A stretch of 64,000 nt of DNA from NCBI GenBank assembly GCA_029953675.1, contig JAMWBK010000003.1, forward strand, positions 1,178,001 through 1,242,000, given 5' to 3'. Shown piece after piece: positions 1 to 11,331 of this stretch (its first letter is position 1; each line of letters begins with the position of its first letter). The translations under genes and the position numbers were made by a program. A model generated the notes under the pieces. That model was not told the DNA's origin and ran no database searches. It was given only the letters and a program-made list of their open reading frames with translations. Source of the stretch: Rhodosorus marinus CCMP1338 (lineage: Eukaryota > Plantae > Rhodophyta).

Positions 1-982
1 GAACAACCTCTCACAACGTGTAAGAAAATAAACTATCCTATTGCCCAGCAGATCTTTGGGAATATGCCTAGCTTTTGTGTAAACTGAACAAACCCCGGCC
101 GCGTCCCATTCAGAGCTTTACAATGTTGAAATCCCCCCTTTTGCCCAACGTGATTTTCAAACAGGCCTAATTAGTAATGATATTTAAGAATATATTACAA
201 ACAAATTGGGAGTCATCCCCCCCGGTGTCAATTCGCACAGTTTTCCCTGCGAAAAGCTGACTCGATATGTGCGAGCGCTGACTGCCGGCCATCGGGGGAA
301 GCAAGCAATGATTGATATAAAAACCAGCACCGTAGTAGCTAATCAGAGAGCGGAGATGCACAGACCAGCGCAAAATCAGCAAAGAATTTACAGAACAGCA
401 CGCGCAATGGAAAGCCGTCCCAACCCAATTGTCCGTAAAACCATGGCAACTGATCCACATCAATCAAGTGGCAGAGTATCTTGCAACTACTTAGCAGAGC
501 AAATACCCAGACCGATTGACTTTCCATATCAATGAACTTACCCCGATCTTTATCAGAAGCGTCGAAATGAGAATGTTGTCCCAATACCAGCACGCAACAC
601 CCACCCCACCTCCCCCCTCGCTCGTCACCGTTGGGATCGGTGGGTAGCACCGTTCGGGAGGGTCAATAGAATCCTATTGGATGAAATATTTTCTCATTGG
701 GGGGCCCAATGGGAATACTTTCGTTGAACGTCAATGAGTTAGGGAGGGTTTTCAAGGACTTATTAGTAGAAGGATGAAGTGAAAGAGGGTGAGGAGAGGA
801 AGGGCGGTGAGTGCTGATGAGGATTGAAATATCAGCTAGGAGGACAAAACCTGGATTGTGGTAATTAGGGGTTCTTGGATGCGTAGGAGGTTTTATTGGG
901 CGTGGGGAGGGGCAGGATTGCGAGGTTTGACACGAGTCGGGAGGAGTTGAGTTGATTTATTTACTTTTGTGTGTTTATTTCG

Positions 983-3417
983 ATGGAGCAGGATAGCGAT
1001 TTGATGAGCGCGATTTATGCTCATCTTAGACGAGCAGGATTGGATCGAGCCTGTACAGTTTTGAGGAAGGCTGGTGTTAAGGTGCGGTTCTTACAAGTTT
1101 GATTTTGTCTGGATGATCTGATGATACTTGGGGTTCGCCTTACTGAAGTTTGCTCTGCTCCTTGGCTTTTCTTTTTGTTCCGTAGGAGCCGACAGAAGAT
1201 GGAGAATCATTGCTCGAGATGTGGAGGAAGCGAAAGCTGAGTACTGACGAAGGGGAGAGACCGGGGAAGAAGGTGAAGAAGAGTGAGAGTGAGGACGACA
1301 GTGAAATGTCTGACTCTGAGGATAGTAGTGCATCCGATAGCGATGATGAGGAGAGCGGCGAGGGCGAGGCTACGACTGGAGATATCTCTAGAAAGCGGGG
1401 CCGAGACGAAGAAGAAAGCGATGAAGACGGCAGCAGCGAAGATGGAAGCGACGAAGAGGAGAGCAGTGAAGAAGGTAGCGATGAGGATGAAAGTGACGAT
1501 GATAGCAGTAAGGAAGAAAGCAGCAATGAAAGCGATGAATCCAGCGTGGAGGAGAAGGGCAAGAGGAAGCAGGAAAATGCCAAGGAAGAAGAATCCAGTA
1601 GCGAGGAGGAGAGTAGCGACGCAGATGATGAAAGCGATGCGGAAGAGAGCGAGGAAGAGAGTGGAAAAGATATAAGCGATGAGGAAGAAAGTAGTGATGA
1701 CAGCGGCAGTGGCGATGAGGAAGAAGATGGGGACGAGGATAGCAGCAGTGATGACGAGGAAGAAGATAAGCACAAGGATAGCAGCACTAGTGATGAGGAA
1801 GAAGACAAGGACGCGGATAGCAGCAGCAGTGGTGAGGCAGAAGATGGGGACGAGGATAGCAGCAGTAGTAATGAGGAAGAGGATAAGGACGAGGATAGCA
1901 GTAGTAGTGATGAGGAAGAAGACAAGGACGAGGATAGCAGCAGTAGTAATGAGGAAGAGGATAAGGACGAGGATAGCAGTAGTAATGATGAGGAAGAAGA
2001 CAAGGACGAGGATAGCAGCAGTAGTGATTTGGAAGAAGATAAGGACGAGGATAGCAGCAGTAGCGATGAGGACGAAGATGGGAAGGAGGATAGCAGCAGT
2101 AGTGGTGAGGAAGAAGACAAGGACGAGGACAGCAGCGGTAGTGATGAGGAAGAAGATGGGGACGAGGATAGCAGCAGTAGTGGTGAGGAAGAAGATGGGG
2201 ACGAGGATAGCGGCAGTGATGACGAGGAAGAAGATAAGGACGAGGATAGCAGCAGTAGTAATGAGGAAGAGGATAAGGACGAGGATAGCAGTAGTAGTGA
2301 TGAGGAAGAAGACAAGGACGAGGATAGCAGCAGTAGTACTGAGGAAGAAGATAAGGACGAGGATAGCAGCAGTAGTGCTGAGGAAGAAGATAAGGACGAG
2401 GATAGCAGCAGTAGTGATGAGGAAGAACATAAGGACGAGGATAGCAGTAGTAGTGATGAGGAAGAAGATAAGGACGAGGATAGCAGTAGTAGTGATGAGG
2501 AAGAAGATAAGGACGAGGATAGCAGCAGTAGTGATGAGGAAGAAGCTGCCGACAAAGACAGCAGCAGCGAGGATGACGATGACGATGATGACAAAGAGAG
2601 CAGCAGCGAGGACGAGGATGGCGATGAGGACAAGGATAGCAGCGACGAGGATGACGATGACGATGATGACAATGAGAGCAGCAGCGAGGATGAGAATGAC
2701 GCTGATGACAACGACAACGAAGACGATAGCGATGGAAAAGACAATGGCTCCAGTGAGAGTGGCGATGACGATGGTAACGACGATGATGACGAAGGTAGCG
2801 AAGGGAGTAAGGACAGTGAAGAAAAGGCAGAAAGTGACGGTGCCGAGGATGAGGACGACGATTCCGAGAGTGGTAGGGCTGGTTCTTCCGAGTGATGAGT
2901 TTATTCTTGAACCGTTCCACGGTCCATTGTCGGTTTAGAATCGATTCGCTGAACGTCATAGTTGTTGACCTGTCATAGGAGGTCCTGCGGGTGATGATGG
3001 CGACGAGAACATGAAAGAGGTAAGGACGATACAGGCATAACAACTTGTTTACACGTACTCATTTGCTCTTTGCTGTGTTCAAATCGCTGCTATTCTCAGA
3101 TCAAGTCTGCTCCAGCCACACCCACAACTAAACCCCGTAGCCCGTCCAATGGAAGAATGAAGGGAGTAAGTACGGAGCCGAGACAAAGGTTTCAGCGAGT
3201 GAAGGCCGAGGATGTGGAACTGGACGATGATAGACTGAATGACAACACTTACACAAGCAAAGGAGGTGAGACGTTCGGGTTGAAAGCCTGGAATACTCTG
3301 AAGCAGGTTCGTGGGAAAGATTTCAGGCGGGAAAAGACGAAGAAAAAACGAAATACGTTCTTCGGTGGTGGCGGGATCTCAATGGGATCGAACTCCATTA
3401 AATTCGATTCGGAATAG
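983..3417 (+). CDS. SRP40: Nucleolar phosphoprotein Srp40/Nopp140-like (LisH-like N-terminus, acidic Ser-rich repeats, SRP40_C domain)
   Basis: Phase-consistent exons 983-1081, 1186-2872, 2979-3019, 3100-3417 with GT-AG introns. N-terminus MEQDSDLMSAIYAHLRRAGLDRACTVL is LisH-like, followed by a long D/E/S tract. C-terminus RQRFQRVK...GLKAWNTLKQVRGKDFRREKTKKKRNTFFGGG.ISMGSNSIKFD is the SRP40_C signature. Confidence 0.92.
1720..2545 (+). repeat. Coding minisatellite, 39-bp unit (about 20 copies) encoding DEDSSSSDEEEDK
   Basis: GACGAGGATAGCAGCAGTAGTGATGAGGAAGAAGATAAG and close variants recur in tandem within the SRP40 exon. Confidence 0.95.
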
Positions 3418-3562
3418 ACGACCCCGAGTTCCCACACACTGTTCCTAAAAAGCAGCGGCGGGCTCTGCGAAGTTTTGACGTTCACGAGGGATGCATTGTT
3501 GCACCGATTTTGCCTCTGGATGGATGAGACAAGCACGTTTCTGGTGATACTTCTGTTTCTTG

Positions 3563-4293
3563 TTAATTTTTTTTGTTCCCCACTAACATTGGGTCATTAC
3601 CTGCGGCGCAAGGTTGTACTATTGTAAATGTATCGAATACGCTTTGAACGCCAGCAAACTCTTTCGCAAGTCGAATGGCCCCCTCTTCTCTGTTGCTGTC
3701 AAGAAGCCCGCTGATAAGAAGATTCGTCGGAGGTCTGTGCGGAGAATCGAGGCCACGGAGACGGCAACATCCCGTAGACATTCCTCGTGCGATGCTTGTT
3801 CTTTGGCCTACTTCGCGTCCTGAATCTGACACAACTCGAGAAGAGAGCAGCCGCCAGAGCCCGTGATATCAATCTCGCCCTAGCAGAGCAAAAGTAGACT
3901 TGACTTAACTTAATTTCCAAGGGAAATTGTAGAATCATGGTCCATCTGATCGCAGTAGTCAGAGATAATCCACGGAACCTGATCCAATTCCAGTCCCAGG
4001 AGCAGAAAAGGACACCACCATTCTTGACATGTCCTGGAAGAATCAGGCTTCAGAACATGGACGTGATTGGCATGAGGGAGAATCCATGGTCCGTCTAAAA
4101 GCACACAGTAAAGGCAATACCTTGTGAGGAAAAAAGCTGTAGGATACATCCTTCGAGGATAAGATGAGGATACGGCCGTTACGAAAATCAGTCCGGACTC
4201 ACGCTCAATCTCTATTTCAGTCAATATAAGACAATTTTTCTGTTGAATAATAGTCGATGGGAAAATTATTCTGGAATACGGAGAAGAATCCAT
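3563..4293 (-). CDS. Possible multi-exon hypothetical protein
   Basis: Adjacent minus-strand ORFs 3910-4293 and 3563-3832 with plausible GT/AG sites. No family recognised and exon structure unresolved. Confidence 0.3.
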
Positions 4294-4585
4294 TTTAAAA
4301 TTTAAAAGTAGACGAACGCCAGTATGTATTTTTATTATTAAACGATCGCTTCACCGGATTTGCAGTAAAAAAAAATCCAGTTCCTGGCATCTGGCACGGA
4401 AGCGCACCGATTGCGAAGAGGATCAGCAGACGCGTAGGCTCGCGTGGAGAAGGTGGAAAGGAGAATGATTTGACTGGTGTTTAGCAGTAGTATAGTCCGA
4501 TCGGCGGGAGAGACGCGCATCTTGAGTTTTGGTTTGTGGAACGCGTTTGTCTTAATGGTATGCCGATACGGGCTGTGACGATTGA

Positions 4586-6187
4586 ATGGATTTGAGAAAT
4601 TCGGTGGAGGACAATGCGGTTGACGACGAAGAGGTTACCTTTAAACCCCGAGGGGACAGAATTCGGGAGTTTCGAAGAAGGCGAAACGAAGCGAAGAAAA
4701 GCGACGTAGCTGCGCTGAGCGAGCAGAGCGGAAAGGAGAACGTAGAGAACCATGAGCAAATCCGGCTCGACCAACCAAAGCTCAAAGATATTTCGGGCCG
4801 GGAGAAAGAAGTGGTGACTTCCATAGACAAGGCTATTCGGGAGTCTCATTCGCGACAGTCACCCATATATTCGTCAAGAGATTCGAATACTATCACTGCT
4901 ATGGAGCTCGCAACTCCCATCCTTGAGAAAAATGCTGTCGTCAAGATGGATTTGGCCACTGTTGCGAAGCACACAGCAACCAAGCGACTGGATTTCAGCG
5001 ACGCGAACGACCTAATCCTCTCTAGTGGAAAGCGCGTAGAAACTCTGACCAGTTCTCAGCAAAAAAGAGAAGCGGACAGTCGCAGTGGACAGCAACACGC
5101 TGGCGATGTAAGAGGAGATTCAACTGCCGTAGAGCCAGCAAACTCCGAGAGACAGCTTGTAACCTTCCACCTAGAGGATCAGAAGCTGGAATCGGAGGAG
5201 ATAAATGAGTCTACAGAAAAAGAACATAACTCACTGGAAGCTAGTTCCGACGGAGAAGGAACCGTTCCCAAGGACTCCGTGCACAACGATACTCACGCTG
5301 AAGATTCTGTACCTAAAGACGGAGATGATTGCTCAACAGCCAAGGACAAATGGATCGAAGAGAAGACCGGACAGGAGACGGCTATCGCTGAAGTGAACTC
5401 GTCGCTTGACGCTGAGCTGGAATCCATGCGCCTCGAGCTCGAGAAAAGGAGCAACGAGCTCACTCAGGTTAAGAATGATTTCACGGCCACTGTGCACAAA
5501 TTGACAATAGAGAGCGAACAAACGGCAGCGGAGGAGCAGTCTCTTCTAAAATCTGAGAATGAAAAGTTACAAGAGGAGCTGCGCTCAAACTCCGCGGCGT
5601 TCTCAAGCTTGAAGCAGCGATATGGCAAGTTCAAGGACGCCATCATAAAGTATGACGCTCAGGAAAAGGAGCTGATATCTCAGATACGGACGCTCAAGAA
5701 GACGCTCTTGGAACTTGAGAAATGGAACAAGGACTTCAAGCAACACGCCGAGAAGAAACTTGAAGAGGCGTTCGAGCAGGCGTGTGCATACAGAAATCAA
5801 GCGAAGGAGAAGAGCGCCGAGGCGGATAAGTTAATAGCAGAAGGGATAGATCTAAAGGATAGCTTGGATGCCGTCCAGAAAGCCAAACAGGAGCTTGAGG
5901 TTAAGGTCCAGTCCCTTGCGGCTGAAGTGGCGGAACTTCGTCAGACTGTACATAGACTAAATAGATCCGGACAGAGCCTGAGCGAAAGCAAACAGATTGA
6001 GGACCGATTGACGGCATGCGAAGAAGAAAATAAGGCGCTTAAAGTGAAAATGTTCGATTCCATGCAGCTAATGGAGGCTCTGAGGAAGGAGCGCGACGAT
6101 GAGCGGACTGCGAAAACTGCGCTTGAAAAGCAAAACAATGAGCTCCAAACTCTGTGCGATGAGCTCTTCTTAAAGCTCGAAGTGTAG
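4586..6187 (+). CDS. TACC: TACC-domain coiled-coil protein
   Basis: 533-aa ORF with a disordered N-half. The C-terminal coiled coil LKQRYGKFKDAIIKY...FKQHAEKKLEEA...KQNNELQTLCDELFLKLEV matches the TACC-domain pattern (RYEKLK.VI.GY...LK.HAEEKL...ENEELTRICDDLI.K). Confidence 0.75.
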   Translation: MDLRNSVEDNAVDDEEVTFKPRGDRIREFRRRRNEAKKSDVAALSEQSGKENVENHEQIRLDQPKLKDISGREKEVVTSIDKAIRESHSRQSPIYSSRDSNTITAMELATPILEKNAVVKMDLATVAKHTATKRLDFSDANDLILSSGKRVETLTSSQQKREADSRSGQQHAGDVRGDSTAVEPANSERQLVTFHLEDQKLESEEINESTEKEHNSLEASSDGEGTVPKDSVHNDTHAEDSVPKDGDDCSTAKDKWIEEKTGQETAIAEVNSSLDAELESMRLELEKRSNELTQVKNDFTATVHKLTIESEQTAAEEQSLLKSENEKLQEELRSNSAAFSSLKQRYGKFKDAIIKYDAQEKELISQIRTLKKTLLELEKWNKDFKQHAEKKLEEAFEQACAYRNQAKEKSAEADKLIAEGIDLKDSLDAVQKAKQELEVKVQSLAAEVAELRQTVHRLNRSGQSLSESKQIEDRLTACEEENKALKVKMFDSMQLMEALRKERDDERTAKTALEKQNNELQTLCDELFLKLEV

Positions 6188-7268
6188 TTGAATAATCCAA
6201 AACCCCTAGCAAATTAGAAACAACAAAAGAAGACGTTCTTCCGTTCGCCACTGTGCACATCATCTCCTCAAACGTCTTCCACCCTGGTATCCACCGCAGA
6301 AACCAAAAGTCTGCGTTCATGTTATCAAAATGAATGCGTTGAGATGAAAACCACATGTTTTGCAGCAGAACGCTATGGAGCATAGGCGACTGGACCTTCT
6401 AATTATGGAGCATATAGAGCACCTATGCTCAATAGTAGAGGCCTTCGCATGGGAAAGCGTACTTCATCACTGCCAGGTAAAACGAGGTGAGCCGGATAAA
6501 CAGGCTGCAGAAAACCCCCATAGAGGTTTAGCAATGATATCTGCAGTATTATCCTGGGCTTGCTTGGTGCAAATGTCCACAGAGGTCTGGATATTCGCCT
6601 ACTTCGTCAAGAAGCTCCCTGTTGGCGTCGAGCATAACCCTGAAGACTAGTGCTCCTCGACGTGACCTACTGATCTCCCAAGTTGATCGGTAGTTGTTGA
6701 GTTCAGATTAGAACGCTGCAGTATAGCTCTCTAGCAAAAAAGGAGGAGAAAAACTCGCTAGACACCGCATTTTGCGTAGAGCGTTTGCCAAAGGCATCGA
6801 TGTCGATCCCAATCTAAGCATAGTCACAAGTTTCTCGTGTTTCCTCGACAGCGTCGTGGGAGCGTGTGTGGACTGGACCGAAATGGTGTTGAGGACGTTT
6901 TCAACAGAAAAAACTATTCGAAGCTTCAATTGAGAACCAATCGCCATCATGTCCGTGAGCTTTATCTCATCCTCTAATATTGGATCGGATACTCATGTAC
7001 AGAACAAGCTTCAACGAGACAAGAGGCAATCTGAATCGTTTGAGATTCGATCAACTCGGCGGAAACCGATCTCACGTGTTGATACAGTGAGGATGTCTCT
7101 GCAAACAGGTGAGCGGATTCACTCCAGATGTTTTCACCTACATCGAGCGTAGAGCTTTCTTCTGGTATTGGTTTTGGCGGAGTTTGGGAAATCTATTGAA
7201 TCGCAGCCTGACAGAATCATACTGTGTTAGTCTTTGGGCGCGCGGCTGTTGTAGAGGGACAGAATAAG

Positions 7269-8294
7269 ATGGCAACGAAAATTGGATTCATTGGTGGTGG
7301 GATGATGGCCATGGCCATCGCCGAAGGGCTCGTGCAGCAGGGGAAGTTCTCGAAGGATCAGATTCTGATTTCTGAGACCTACCCGCCGAGGCGTGAGTAC
7401 CTACTTGAGAATGGATGGGAGCTGGTGGAGTCGAGGAAGCTTGTAGAGGAATCTGAGCTTGCTTTTTTGGCAGTGAAGCCGTACGATGTTAGCAAGGTGA
7501 GCAATCGATGTCTGTCTCTGATTGAGCTTGTCCAATTACCATCGAGAGTCTCTATATATTCGGTGCTCTGAATCTTTGGTGTTGTGCCAGGTTCTGGGAG
7601 CGCTTAGCAACATTGCTGGTTCAAGAGCTACGATTGTATCAATTGCCGCAGGAGTGAGTCTCGAAACTATGCAGAGTTATAACCCAGATTTCACGTACGT
7701 AAGAGTGATGCCGAATACTCCTTGTCTCGTCAATTATGGTGCCTCGGCGGTCAGTTCAACTTCCCCTGAGCTGGCGGAAAAAGTACGAGATATTATGTCT
7801 GCCGTCGGAATCGCGGTGATAGTGCCTGAATCCCAGATCGATGCGGTGACCTGTATCAGCGGTAGTGGTCCCGCATACGGATATGTGTTCATTGAGACGT
7901 TGGCGGATGCAGGTACCAAAAATCTCTCCATCCGGTTCTCGAAATCCCAAATGGCGTCGACTTATCTCCGAAGCTCTTTGTAGGTGTAATGAAAGGCTTA
8001 TCTAGAGAAACGGCGAAAGCTCTTGCAATCCAAACGGTTCTTGGAGCGGCGCAAATGGTTAAACAAACAGAGGGTCATCCTGCCCAACTGCGCAACAATG
8101 TCGAGTCCCCTGGCGGGACTACCATCGCTGCGGTAAGTATTTGACCCGCTTGGGTGGAAACTGGACTATGTCAGAATTTCTAAATGAAGAGCTTCGGTTA
8201 GGTTCGCGCCCTGGAAAAGAGCGGTTTCCGTGACGCAGTTTATTCTGCTGTCGAAGCGTGCCATGACCGGCTGAAGGAAATGGGAAATATGTGA
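7269..8294 (+). CDS. P5CR: Pyrroline-5-carboxylate reductase (canonical)
   Basis: Exons 7269-7496, 7591-7912, 7984-8132, 8202-8294. Motifs IGFIGGGMMA, LAVKP, SIAAGV, RVMPNTP, SGSGPAY and VESPGGTT are all intact. Confidence 0.96.
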
Positions 8295-9280
8295 TTTCAG
8301 GTGGGATAAACTCGTGGCGCTGCGGGCATTGAATGATGAAGCTCTGTAGTTCGGCTATTCAAAAGTGAAACTTTAGGCGATAGCTACTAACTGCAAGGCG
8401 AGTCCCCTGGAACCGATTGTTTCCGGAGAGTACTAAGCTGAAGGACCTGTTTTCGTTGACCTCGCCCGTTGTTTGGGAACAACAGGAACAGAGAAGAAAG
8501 GAGTTCTTTGCCATAGCTTGTCTTTCGTTGATGTTTAAAGCGCGAGACGAGAGGAACTTGTTCACGGGCCTTTGATTGCTTTGGTGGTGTCTGCTTCTAG
8601 GCTATCGTTAGGGTGTATTCGAGCATGGCGAACAGACCCGTGTCTGTTCTGAAAACAACAAAGGGACGATGAACTTAAAGATGCTTGCCTCAGTTTTGCC
8701 TATAGCCCCTTTGAGGTTTTCTTTCAGTTTTATTGCTTCTCGGGTTGTTGACTTGTTGATGACTTTGTGGCTAACATTTTGACGCGGCTACCTATACGGT
8801 CCACGTTTCCAGCACTGCTGTGAAATTGTTCTTGTTCCCCTCGCTTCGATCTCGAACACAATCGGAGCACCAAATAGTTTAGCCACCCACTTGAAAACAT
8901 ACTCATAACTACCAACCGCCAAGTCAGCTCGACCTCGCCAAACCACTGTAAGCCCCCGCTAAGCAACCTCATCGTAACGGAAAGAAAAGAACAATATTGT
9001 CCTAAAACACCTTTTGATACATCCAAAACAAATCATTCCTAAAACATTAACTAAAAGAAATTTTGCCAACAAATTCTAGTAAATAATTAAATATATCTAA
9101 GTAGAAGTATAACTAAATTATGATATTTTTAGGTACGTTGGTCCCAGTTAGTGGGCTATCCCCAAGTTCGTTGACAGATGTGAAAAATCGATTTGGGTTT
9201 TAATTCTTGTGTGATTGCGTGTGTGCTGGTGGACTCCTTTTTTTTTCCTTTTTTCTTTCGTCCAGGTTTATTTATTCCAA

Positions 9281-9853
9281 GCCCTTGTAATCCTCTAAAA
9301 CCCTATGGAATAATCGGTCGGCGTCCACACGTAAAACCCATTTTATCAATCTGGGTGTACCGTTTTCGGTATTAAATACCGGTTATCCTAAATTGTTTCG
9401 ATACTATTGTTGGAAGGGGTTATTACTTCTATTGCACACCCCTACTGTAGAGTGATGGGGCATGATAACGAGCATGGAGTCGACTATCAATATCTATGGA
9501 GGTTGCCACTGGATTTGTCCATGACGAGTAAAGGGAGAAGGTTCAGGGAGTTGTTTCTATTCTACCCAGCGAAATAGTCCTATTGGGCTCTATGAAGCAG
9601 TGGTCCAAAACGGAAGTCATTGAATCTCTCTCCATTGGATATACGAGCTCAACTTATTCGGGGCTCGTGCCAACGGTTGGGTACTAAACAGCTTCACCCT
9701 TTCAGCCTCTGCCAACACGGCCATCAGGCGGGTAAGGAATTCATTAGTGCTACCCCTATACTGCAGCGGCCCTTGTAATCCTCTAATATACCCTATCGGA
9801 TCACCCCCCTCCAATGTCCTAATCTGGACGTACCGACTACAGTAGTTATCCTA
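9281..9853. repeat. Degenerate direct repeat pair (9281-9390 and 9769-9853)
   Basis: Both copies share GCCCTTGTAATCCTCTAA...CCCTAT.GGA, then AATCTGG..GTACCG, then GTTATCCTA in the same order. Confidence 0.6.
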
Positions 9854-10331
9854 TACGTATAAGCGATACCAATTCAACTACTTCATACCCTTAGCTGGAA
9901 GTTTGATGCTGAAACCACATCCCGTCAAACACATGTGGGAGGGGGGGAGGGCTGTTGGGGCTATCCATGGGAATCGTAAGCAAGGTTGGAGAGATGGATT
10001 GAGATATTCTTCTTTTTTTTTTTGCAAATTTGTTGAGAGAGTACTAGATGTGTCGAGCATGGATTAGTGGGTTGCCCTGTCTTGAGGGATAATGAAAAGG
10101 TTTGCTATTTGAATTTCTGGGTTGAGTGAATGGGGCAATCGAGAGATCGCATGCGCGTATTGATGTTGATGATGTAGCTTCAGTGAGGAGGTTGGGTGCG
10201 CGGCTATAAAGATATCGAGTATGGACTGGTTTGACGATGTCTTGGTAGGTTAGTCGCTGGAATAGTCTATTACGAGTTTGAACTTGAAGCTGTTGTGAGA
10301 TGCGCTTGTTAAGATTGGTTGAGTTTTGAGC

Positions 10332-11331
10332 ATGGACGTTCGTCGGGTTGGGTTCATTGGAGGGGGTGTGATTGCAGAGGCGGTTGCTACAGGTTTGGTT
10401 GAGAAAGCAGGTATCAAAAAGGACGATATTATGATTTCTGACCAGTCGCCATCTCGACGGGAGTATTTGGCGAAGGGGGACTGGAAAGTGACCAGCGAGA
10501 ACAAGGACACTGCTGAATTTGACATAATTTTCATCTCGCTGAACCAAGATGAAGTTACTCAGGTACGCAAATCTTCGTTTATGCTCTCTACCGATAGTGG
10601 GTCGCACGTATCTTAGACTTACTCAATTGCGCTTGCCCTCTTCAGGAGCTCAAGAAGCTTGGAAACTCAACTTCAATTCTCGTCTCCCTAGTTGCGGGGG
10701 TTACTCTTAGGACCCTGGATCTGAACAGTCAGTGGAAGTTAGTACGAGCTATTACTAACGTAAACGCTCAAAACGGGAGCGCCGTGACCGCCATCTGCTC
10801 CAACGCGATCAAGTCAAACGTTAAAGCGGCAGAACTTGTAAAAGAGCTCATGTCAAAGCTCGGAAAGGCACTTGTTGTTAAAGAGGATGAAATGAACGCA
10901 ATCACCGCCGTAATTGGAAGCGGTGTGGCCTATTCCCTCATGTTCATTGAGGCACTGGCTGAAGAAGGTCAGTCTCTGCTTCCTACGTGACGAGCTTATG
11001 GATGCCCCGTTGTCTCCAAGATGAGCTAACTCTCCTATGCTGAATTATATTTCCTGCCTTACCAGGAATTCTGCAGGGGTTGTCGAGAGATGTCGCAAAG
11101 ATGGTTGCCGAGCAGACCGTTCTTGGCGCGGCCCAGTTAATGCAGGATAGCGACGATCACCCAGCAAAGCTCCGGGACGACGTTGAGGTTGGAAAAGGAA
11201 GTACTCTAGCTGGTGTTCGGACACTAGAATGCAAAGGGTTGAGAGAAGCGCTGCACGCCGCTGTCGAGGCTTCTGATGAGCAGCTCCACGGCAAGCCAGA
11301 ACCGCAAAATCGATCTGGGTACAGATACTAG
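10332..11331 (+). CDS. Divergent pyrroline-5-carboxylate reductase paralog
   Basis: Exons 10332-10562, 10646-10967, 11066-11331. Keeps VGFIGGGVIA, SLVAGV, GSGVAYSLMFIEALAEEG, GLSR and EQTVLGAAQL. Its two introns sit at the same positions as introns 1-2 of the 7269 gene. Confidence 0.88.

Noticed and set aside
167-650. Short overlapping ORFs at the window start
   Set aside because: No family recognised; may be a truncated gene or non-coding sequence.
1140-3043. Long ORFs in other frames (534, 407, 419, 418 aa) over SRP40
   Set aside because: Stop-free shadows of the 39-bp coding repeat; only the D/E/S frame links to LisH and SRP40_C exons.
6190-7200. Possible minus-strand multi-exon gene between TACC and P5CR
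   Set aside because: Open stretches and splice-like sites exist, but I could not find a start or a recognisable product.
8300-9030. Possible minus-strand gene downstream of P5CR
   Set aside because: Short ORFs without a consistent exon chain or motifs.
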